Shown here: positions 50,222 through 56,594 of the stretch, one piece after another
Numbering within the stretch: position 1 is the stretch's first letter
Layout of the letters: every line of letters begins with the position of its first letter
IMG/VR virus record: IMGVR_UViG_3300027712_000036
Location: 1-57,125 of that record
Length of the DNA: 57,125 nucleotides
Source: a virus
Lineage: Duplodnaviria > Caudoviricetes
Reading direction: 5' to 3' (one strand)
The notes under the pieces: model-generated
What the model was told of the DNA's origin: nothing
Databases searched by the model: none
What the model saw: the letters and a program-made list of their open reading frames with translations, nothing else
Position numbers and translations under genes: made by a program

Positions 50222-50401
50222 TTATAACAAAATACCACTACTAGATGCTGTAAGTTTTACTAAGCTTGGCTTAATCACATTGGTGAGCAAATGCTGTATT
50301 TGTTCATTTGCTATTTTCTGTGTGTCTTCTGAGATTCCTGGTGTTGCACATAAGGCTGCCATTTTCTCAATTACAATAAATGCTTCTACTGATGGGTTCA
50401 T
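50222..50401 (-). CDS. Hypothetical 59-aa protein
   Basis: Manual translation MNPSVEAFIVIEKMAALCATPG...SGILL*; ATGA overlap with the upstream gene; fills the gap. Confidence 0.65.
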   Translation of the reverse strand: MNPSVEAFIVIEKMAALCATPGISEDTQKIANEQIQHLLTNVIKPSLVKLTASSSGILL

Positions 50402-50673
50402 GTTAGTTGGTTTAAGTCATCATCTGACAGTTTAATATCTTTTTTAAATTCTTTTTCTTCATTATCTAGAATGTCATCTAGTTCTTCCTCAAAATTACTC
50501 ATCATCTCTTCAGACATATAATCTCTATTGTACATGATTCCTATTACATCCTGTTCTGCATCTGGAGTTCCCACAATGTCAATGTATTCCACACCAAAGT
50601 GATACAGATCAAGAAGTGTGTCAAGGAACACCTTCAGGGGAATCTTATGCAGTCTCACTTCATTCTTTTTCAT
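50398..50673 (-). CDS. Hypothetical acidic protein
   Basis: 91 aa, overlaps both neighbours within the operon. Confidence 0.6.
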   Translation of the reverse strand: MKKNEVRLHKIPLKVFLDTLLDLYHFGVEYIDIVGTPDAEQDVIGIMYNRDYMSEEMMSNFEEELDDILDNEEKEFKKDIKLSDDDLNQLT

Positions 50674-50956
50674 TAATCATTTTTTTAAATTGTTCTTCCT
50701 CCTCATCTGTCAATATAGCCTTCCACTTATCTAATGGACAGCTACAAGAAAGACATTTAGTTTTAGCTGCCAGTGTACATCCACAATTTGTACAATGATT
50801 GTCTGGTCTTGCTGTCTTATGCCACCTAGAATGATGGGGACAATTAAGACATATATTAATCCTTTCTTCACCTGTTGCTTTAATCAAATCTTTTAAATGA
50901 GCAGGGGGAACAATGTTATTTCTCCAGCCCTCATAAATCTGGGAAAAGTTAATCAT
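50660..50956 (-). CDS. Zn-finger protein
   Basis: R..IC..C...C..CGC.L.AK......CP..KW. Confidence 0.75.
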   Translation of the reverse strand: MINFSQIYEGWRNNIVPPAHLKDLIKATGEERINICLNCPHHSRWHKTARPDNHCTNCGCTLAAKTKCLSCSCPLDKWKAILTDEEEEQFKKMINEKE

Positions 50957-51296
50957 GAATTCTCTGTTTTAATGTTTCAATATCTATTTCATTATTGTTC
51001 CACTTATTCTGTGCAGAGATTCTTTTCTGTTCAGAGGTTTCAGGATTGTCAATAACATTCTGAAAAAAAGCTCTCTTTGAAAGCAATGTCTCCATCCTCT
51101 TAACAGCCTTCTTGTGGTTGAAGAAAAACTTTCCAAACCCACTTATTTCTATAGAATCATTTACACGAAGGGCATCATTGGCAGAACTAAACTGGTGAGC
51201 TACAACAGTGTCAACCACCTTTTCATTCACCATCAACTTCACTGCCAGTTTCCTAACAAGATAGTCTCTCATTGAAAGACTCTGTGGCTTATCCAT
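50949..51296 (-). CDS. IHF/HU-like DNA-binding protein
   Basis: Two N-terminal helices followed by IEISGFGKF. Confidence 0.65.
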   Translation of the reverse strand: MDKPQSLSMRDYLVRKLAVKLMVNEKVVDTVVAHQFSSANDALRVNDSIEISGFGKFFFNHKKAVKRMETLLSKRAFFQNVIDNPETSEQKRISAQNKWNNNEIDIETLKQRIHD

Positions 51297-51630
51297 GTAT
51301 CAGTTTTATTTCTAATGTAACGTCTTTCTCAAAGGGAAGAATAATCATTGGATTCACCTTCACCTTTGTTCCATCCTTAATAAGAATGTTCACCCTCTTG
51401 AGCTTGGAAATTATGTTATTAATCGTAGGACTTGTACTTCCATACCTATCACAAAACTCCTGTCTAATGTTAGAATAGGAAATGTTTCCCTTAATAGCTG
51501 TAAATGCTACAAGCTGTATTTCCCTATGTGTCAGCTTAAGAGAATTAACAGCTGAGAGAATAGAATAATACTTCTCTGCTAGAGAAAAACTATCCTCTGA
51601 TGAATTCTTAAGCTTCTGTAACATTGCCAT
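51289..51630 (-). CDS. Winged-HTH (RepL-like) DNA-binding protein
   Basis: LT.RE...F...T...TINN.ISKLK...ILIK...VNP; first gene after promoter 51650-51680. Confidence 0.65.
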   Translation of the reverse strand: MAMLQKLKNSSEDSFSLAEKYYSILSAVNSLKLTHREIQLVAFTAIKGNISYSNIRQEFCDRYGSTSPTINNIISKLKRVNILIKDGTKVKVNPMIILPFEKDVTLEIKLIHG

Positions 51631-51649
51631 AACTCTTATTTAGTTGATG

Positions 51650-51680
51650 TAAAGATAGCACAATATCATACAATGTCAAA
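51650..51680 (-). promoter_or_regulatory. Bacteroidota-type promoter for the packaging operon
   Basis: Minus strand TTTG-N19-TATCTTTA. Confidence 0.7.
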
Positions 51681-51712
51681 TACAAACATTAAATCTATTG
51701 CTATATTATGCA

Positions 51713-51961
51713 TCAAATCTTTTTTATAAAGATGAACACAACATTAATAAAGAACAACCCTATAACAAAACATTCTTCCAATATCTCTTTCCCTTCTTCA
51801 TCTATACCTTCCTGACCATTAAAAGACATACCAAGATCAAAATATGGATGACCATAAGATTTAATCTCTAAAGATATTTCCAACTCATCAAATCCTATAA
51901 ACCCACAAACCATAGACATTACAATCAAAAAACTAACAATAAAAACAATTGAAACAACCAT
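51713..51961 (-). CDS. Small membrane protein
   Basis: 82 aa; hydrophobic N- and C-terminal segments. Confidence 0.55.
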   Translation of the reverse strand: MVVSIVFIVSFLIVMSMVCGFIGFDELEISLEIKSYGHPYFDLGMSFNGQEGIDEEGKEILEECFVIGLFFINVVFIFIKKI

Positions 51962-52025
51962 AACAATATATATTTACACATTTGATATTCAGGAACAATT
52001 AATTCTTAACCCACCCACATCTCCC

Positions 52026-52058
52026 CAAAGTTACAAACTATATATAATACAAACCAAA
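52026..52058 (-). promoter_or_regulatory. Bacteroidota-type promoter at the left side of the divergence point
   Basis: Minus strand TTTG-N21-TAACTTTG, a perfect consensus match. Confidence 0.7.
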
Positions 52059-52265
52059 TCTTTTTTCAAATATATGTTCCACATGAAACACATCCCCATA
52101 CATTTTCTAAAATTTTATATAGCCCCCCTCCCTTGACATACAAAAAATATTTTATATTGATGTGAGAAGAGCCTACTCCATCTCAAAGACCCAGCCACAA
52201 ATTGAGCGGTGGGGATATCCTCCTGTAGTCACTTGCTCGAATCATTATTTAAACGAACATTTTTT

Positions 52266-52664
52266 ATGAACACATTAGTTATTACTGGTGGAGCATTCAC
52301 CAAAGAGAAGAATTTTAGCGGTTACACACCATCTGGCAAACGTGTGCACATCTTTGCAAAGCAGATGAGTGGAGCAGGATTTACGAAGGATGCTGATGTC
52401 ATCTTTCCATTGTTTGTCACAGCAGAAGAACGCACTTATACTGCTTCCAAAGATGCGAACGGTAAAGTGATACCATTTGCTGATGGCTCAACAACTATGA
52501 CCAGATTGACTGCTGGTGCTTTGTTCACTACCAAAGCGAAGCTTATTGAAGCACACGTTCTTGAAGCATCGATTGATGGAGAATTATCTCATCACGTTAG
52601 CCAAGCGGTTTCTCAATACAGCATCACAGGTGCAAGTGTTGCTCAACTGGAAGAACTTGCTTAA
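52266..52664 (+). CDS. First early-strand gene, hypothetical (132 aa)
   Basis: ATG at 52266 after an AT-rich leader (MNTLVITGG...); the track's upstream GTG start is unlikely. Followed by a terminator. Confidence 0.7.
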   Translation: MNTLVITGGAFTKEKNFSGYTPSGKRVHIFAKQMSGAGFTKDADVIFPLFVTAEERTYTASKDANGKVIPFADGSTTMTRLTAGALFTTKAKLIEAHVLEASIDGELSHHVSQAVSQYSITGASVAQLEELA

Positions 52665-52670
52665 GAACTT

Positions 52671-52700
52671 TGGGGATTACCAACTGGTAGTCCCCATTTT
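52671..52700 (+). terminator. Intrinsic terminator
   Basis: TGGGGATTACC-AACT-GGTAGTCCCCA-TTTT. Confidence 0.7.
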
Positions 52701-52923
52701 CTATCACCATTATATATATAAGGGTGGGTAATGATGCATTATTACGTAGGGTGGGGAATATTATTGCACCAATGTTGGACACAAATGAGGTGCTGTGGAT
52801 TCACATTTCCTTGAGAACCAACAAAATACAATAACAATAAACCAATTTTTAAAACATAGATATAGCATTAAGTTATAGTTTTACATACACACATAAAAAA
52901 GAGTTTGTCCTCTATAAAAGATA

Positions 52924-53187
52924 ATGTTTATTATGAATAGTATTAAAGTTATAGGAAAGATTACACTTCCTGATGCTCCTAAAAAGCACAAATGTGTATG
53001 TCATGATTGTGGTAATGTATTAGATGATTCTTGTGGTGATCCAAGACATAAAGTTGTTACAGGTTGGACTGATGGTAGGAAAGAAGAGAGAATGATATGT
53101 GATTATTGTGCTGATGAGCAGTTTGGAGACTATGAACCATGTAGTATATTTGATGGTACACCAGATTGGATGAGATATTGTTATTAA
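52924..53187 (+). CDS. Small Zn-binding early protein
   Basis: C..C...C..C motifs; the start may be 52933. Confidence 0.6.
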   Translation: MFIMNSIKVIGKITLPDAPKKHKCVCHDCGNVLDDSCGDPRHKVVTGWTDGRKEERMICDYCADEQFGDYEPCSIFDGTPDWMRYCY

Positions 53188-53205
53188 GGACTATTATAGT
53201 CCTTT

Positions 53206-53401
53206 TGTTTAATGCACCAATTCCACGCAGATATATATAAAACTGCACTGATTAATAAGTAGAGCCTTGCAGCCAATGATGTGTTGAAACACACATCTCT
53301 TTAATCAGTTTCCCAAGGGTGGACAGATGTAGTAGACAAATTGCTGTGAACTTCTGAATGTTAATCACGTCAATCTATTACATCTGAGTGCAGAGGGAAC
53401 A
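53206..53401 (+). ncRNA. Twister self-cleaving ribozyme, type P1, with large insertions
   Basis: P1 UGUU/AACA, UAA, P2 UGCA/UGCA, T2 CC/GG, P4 UCCAC/GUGGA, L4 core UUCCCAAGG, 13-bp P5 and L1 GAGGG, all in canonical order; intergenic. Confidence 0.75.
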
Positions 53402-53431
53402 TTATTATTCACACACATTAAAAACAAGTTT

Positions 53432-53620
53432 ATGGAAAGTATTAAACAAATGGTAGAATTAAAGAATATACTATCAGAAGTAAAAGAACTTAGACTTAAA
53501 AGGTATATACAAGATTTGGATGAGGTGTATAATAAACTTAATTCTCTTGTTAGAGATGAATTGGATACATCTTTAGAACAATTCTTAGTTGATTATTACG
53601 AGCTTAAGAAAAATAGCTAG
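53432..53620 (+). CDS. Hypothetical early protein
   Basis: 62 aa, A-rich leader. Confidence 0.6.
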   Translation: MESIKQMVELKNILSEVKELRLKRYIQDLDEVYNKLNSLVRDELDTSLEQFLVDYYELKKNS

Positions 53621-53621
53621 C

Positions 53622-53757
53622 ACAGTGTAGGACAAAAGTCTTGTCATAGTCTTACATTGTTTAACACCCAGCCACTGTAAGGTCAAAGACCTGGTGTGGA
53701 GATAAGAGCTTCAACCTGCTAAACGGTGGGAGAGGGTACCCAAGCCTCTCAATTTTT
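53622..53757 (+). ncRNA. Structured intergenic RNA, twister-like but incomplete/unclassified
   Basis: 12-bp hairpin, UAA...GC, a branched stem CCACUGU/ACGGUGG and hairpin GAGGG-UACCCAAGC-CUCUC. Confidence 0.45.
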
Positions 53758-53783
53758 ATTCACACATATTAAATAATTTAATC

Positions 53784-54083
53784 ATGGAAGAAACAATCAT
53801 TAAGGGTAAAAAGGTTCATAATTTAGAGATTAGAAGTCCTAAAGTAAGAAAGCTTTTAGAAGAGCTTTGTGTTAATTATAAGATTGATCCTCATGAAAAT
53901 GTAATTTTATTTGATTTTAAAGGATTTGATTTTTCCATTAAGAGAGCTAATGGGTTGGATTATTTTATAACCAAAATGTTAGACAAGGCTTATAAAGATG
54001 GATATAGAATAGGTTGTAAATCATTAGGACGTTCAATTGTAAATACAATTATTGAAAAAAACGAGTATAATAATTCACTTTAA
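53784..54083 (+). CDS. Hypothetical early protein
   Basis: 99 aa ORF. Confidence 0.6.
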   Translation: MEETIIKGKKVHNLEIRSPKVRKLLEELCVNYKIDPHENVILFDFKGFDFSIKRANGLDYFITKMLDKAYKDGYRIGCKSLGRSIVNTIIEKNEYNNSL

Positions 54084-54094
54084 AACTAATAACA

Positions 54095-54343
54095 ATGGCT
54101 ATTAACCTTATTAAAGAGAAACTTGAGAAGCAATTAGAGCTTCTTGAGGAATTAGAAGTGGCATATTCAGCAGAATTATGTAAATACGTAGTTAAATATG
54201 AATACAATGAAGGAGATAGGAAAGTTTATTCTCTATATGATAGAGAAGAAGATAAGCTTATTAAAATGGACAAGCATGAAAGGATTATGTCTTGGTTCAA
54301 TGTTAGAAACATCGATCTAAACAAAGTAAAATTTATTAATTAA
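54095..54343 (+). CDS. Hypothetical early protein
   Basis: 82 aa ORF. Confidence 0.6.
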   Translation: MAINLIKEKLEKQLELLEELEVAYSAELCKYVVKYEYNEGDRKVYSLYDREEDKLIKMDKHERIMSWFNVRNIDLNKVKFIN

Positions 54344-54361
54344 AAATAAAAACTCACACAC

Positions 54362-54559
54362 ATGAAAAAAGGATTTTATTTATTTATGACAATTTTTATG
54401 ATTATTGTCACAACAGGAATGTTATTTGCTGGATTTGCTGTTCTTCCTGTTAGCAGGATTAACTTTATGCTTATCAATGCACTATCATTAATGGGCTATT
54501 TAGGAGCATTTTGTTATTTTGATTCATTCATCAAAGTTAAAACACCAACAAAAAAATGA
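54362..54559 (+). CDS. Small two-TM membrane protein
   Basis: 65 aa; two hydrophobic helices. Confidence 0.65.
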   Translation: MKKGFYLFMTIFMIIVTTGMLFAGFAVLPVSRINFMLINALSLMGYLGAFCYFDSFIKVKTPTKK

Positions 54560-54693
54560 CAACAGAAAAAATAACAATATCAGATGAGCACTATTGGCTT
54601 ATTGATGGACACAAAATTTGGGCTGAGACATTACAAGATGCTCTTGCCCTTCTTCCTATTATGGAAGACCTTGAGAGATTAACGTGGGGTTAA
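54556..54693 (+). CDS. Hypothetical 45-aa protein
   Basis: Manual translation MTTEKITISDEHYWLIDGHKIWAETLQDALALLPIMEDLERLTWG*; ATGA overlap. Confidence 0.6.
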   Translation: MTTEKITISDEHYWLIDGHKIWAETLQDALALLPIMEDLERLTWG

Positions 54694-54705
54694 TTATGGA
54701 AGGAC

Positions 54706-54738
54706 AGGCCTGATGTTTCTACATCTGGGCTTTTATTT
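54706..54738 (+). terminator. Probable intrinsic terminator
   Basis: Imperfect stem around GATGT-TTCT-ACATC followed by TTTTATTT. Confidence 0.5.
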
Positions 54739-54777
54739 AAACAAATAAACATACATTTATAAACAAAACACACAAAC

Positions 54778-55143
54778 ATGAAAAAAATCATTTATTGGCT
54801 ATTATTAATAGCTACAGTTGTATTTGTAGGAGTATTTATTTATCATTTCTTCTATTCTTGTAAAGAAATAGAACATTATATAATCATCTTAATGGGAGCA
54901 TTTGCATCCTTTATATTGATGATTATGTTTAAATCAAGACCAATGGACACAAAAGAAGAAATCATATACAACGATCTTGTTGAACTAAAGGGAGTGACAG
55001 CTCTTCTCATCATTGCAGCAATTTGTATGTTCTTGCTTGCATGTCTATCAGGATGTTCACACAATGGATATGGATGCCATGGTAATTCAAGAACAATGAC
55101 TGGTGAAGGAATAAAGAAACATAACATAAGACGTTCTTATTAA
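54778..55143 (+). CDS. Multi-TM membrane protein with internal lipobox-like LSG-C
   Basis: Three hydrophobic segments, the last ending LLACLSGC. Confidence 0.6.
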   Translation: MKKIIYWLLLIATVVFVGVFIYHFFYSCKEIEHYIIILMGAFASFILMIMFKSRPMDTKEEIIYNDLVELKGVTALLIIAAICMFLLACLSGCSHNGYGCHGNSRTMTGEGIKKHNIRRSY

Positions 55144-55214
55144 ATAATTATGTGTGAAGGGTCTCCTGAAATCTATTTAGACGTAGGGAGAACTTACACA
55201 TTAAAACAAAACAA

Positions 55215-55382
55215 ATGAAATACATATTATTATTGTTGTGCATATATAGTTGTACACCTCAGTATTCTTACATTCCTAGTAAAAGGGAAATTAGAAGAGA
55301 TACAAGAAGATATATGAGACATCATAATACAGGGAACTACATAATTCCCAATCACCCAACATATCAAGTTTCAACCCATTAA
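55215..55382 (+). CDS. Small putative lipoprotein (55 aa)
   Basis: Manual translation MKYILLLLCIYS|CTPQY...VSTH*; signal peptide II-like. Confidence 0.55.
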   Translation: MKYILLLLCIYSCTPQYSYIPSKREIRRDTRRYMRHHNTGNYIIPNHPTYQVSTH

Positions 55383-55393
55383 AACAAATTATT

Positions 55394-55909
55394 ATGTATC
55401 AGTTAGCAAAGCTTGTATTAAAATCTTACATGCCAAGATCCCTTGAGAAAGGAATGTTGTTCTATACTAATGTTGGACAACAGCTTAAAGTGATAACTCT
55501 TGAAGATGTTCCTCGTGACCATGAAGAATATATGAGAACACATGGTGCTCCTGTTGAATTGTACATCATCTCACACACCAATCCTAACACACCAGAATAT
55601 TACATCATTGCACAACCTCATCAAATAGGTTGGATTGATGAAGGTGACCACACTGATGAGTTGAGAGATATTACAATAACAGATGTTAACACTATTATGG
55701 AAGATTATGATGGATTTGTAAAGGTGGATGTTATTGAACACTATACAGATGATGATGAAGTTCAATATGATGACATGTATAAACTTGTTCCTAATATATA
55801 TATGGAAAAAGCAATCATTGCTCCATATTATGAATATTACGATCAACAAGAATATATATTAGAGGGTGATGAAGAGTGGATTGTTGATGATGATTCTGAA
55901 CAAAATTAA
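55394..55909 (+). CDS. Hypothetical acidic early protein
   Basis: 171 aa; SY.P..LEKGMLF, HGAPVE.YII and QIGW.DEG motifs. Confidence 0.7.
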   Translation: MYQLAKLVLKSYMPRSLEKGMLFYTNVGQQLKVITLEDVPRDHEEYMRTHGAPVELYIISHTNPNTPEYYIIAQPHQIGWIDEGDHTDELRDITITDVNTIMEDYDGFVKVDVIEHYTDDDEVQYDDMYKLVPNIYMEKAIIAPYYEYYDQQEYILEGDEEWIVDDDSEQN

Positions 55910-55920
55910 ATTAATTAGTT

Positions 55921-56073
55921 ATGAAAACAATTTTAATTAAAATCATATTTGGTGAGAGTAAACCAATTGATTCATGCTCAACAGGAGTAACAACAGTCAC
56001 ACCAGATGAACAACTATCATTCAATCAATGGTGTATTGCATTAAACGTAAGTAGATATTACGGAAAATATTAG
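55921..56073 (+). CDS. Hypothetical 50-aa protein
   Basis: Manual translation MKTILIKIIFGESKP...LSFNQWC.ALNVSRYYGKY*. Confidence 0.55.
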   Translation: MKTILIKIIFGESKPIDSCSTGVTTVTPDEQLSFNQWCIALNVSRYYGKY

Positions 56074-56093
56074 TTTGTGTGTATGTGTGAAAT

Positions 56094-56127
56094 GCTCTTG
56101 ACATTAATTTGTCAGGAGCTTTTTTTT
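56094..56127 (+). terminator. Intrinsic terminator
   Basis: GCTCTTGAC-N8-GTCAGGAGC-T8. Confidence 0.85.
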
Positions 56128-56150
56128 AATTCATTAAAAATCAATTAATT

Positions 56151-56591
56151 ATGAAGATTTTAAAAATTGAACACCATTATTATTTAATGGAAGAGTCAAG
56201 TATTACAGAAGGGAATTATATGTGGAATGGTGTTATTATGTATAAAATCATAAAGAACACATCTATGCCTCAAAGAGGATGGAAAATCATTGGGACAACT
56301 GATCATTTAGAAGACCTTCCAAAGATGGATATACAAATGTTAGAAAAACCCACTCCTACACAGTTTAATTCAGCAGATGTAATACATTATTCTAATTGGG
56401 TGTTGAGCTGGTGTTCTACAAACAAATATAGAAAAACAGGTGATGGTGTACAACCATTTGGAATAGGAGACAGTATAACAGATGAAAAACTATTTGAAAT
56501 GTATTTAACATCTATTTCTCCTAATAAGACAGAATGGAATGATGTAGAAGCTACAGTGCATGGAGATGTTGTGATCATCACTAAACTATAA
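56151..56591 (+). CDS. Hypothetical early protein
   Basis: 146 aa; KIIGTT...L..LP motif. Confidence 0.65.
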   Translation: MKILKIEHHYYLMEESSITEGNYMWNGVIMYKIIKNTSMPQRGWKIIGTTDHLEDLPKMDIQMLEKPTPTQFNSADVIHYSNWVLSWCSTNKYRKTGDGVQPFGIGDSITDEKLFEMYLTSISPNKTEWNDVEATVHGDVVIITKL

Positions 56592-56594
56592 ATA

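Noticed and set aside
1245-51478. Other short plus-strand and nested ORFs in the track overlapping long minus-strand genes
   Set aside because: Antisense or alternate-frame shadows with no motifs or initiation context.
52209-52265. GTG-initiated N-terminal extension of the first early gene
   Set aside because: It overlaps the structured GC-rich leader; ATG 52266 has the typical AT-rich initiation context.
53661-53730. HDV-like/theta or twister-sister ribozyme reading of this element
   Set aside because: No G+1/7-bp P1 or proper P1.1 for HDV; no UGCAAG loop for twister-sister; no adjacent tRNA. Kept only as an unclassified structured RNA.
53111-55660. CTGATGAG hammerhead-core-like strings at ~53111 and ~55653
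   Set aside because: Both lie inside CDSs, with no properly placed GAAA or stems I-III.
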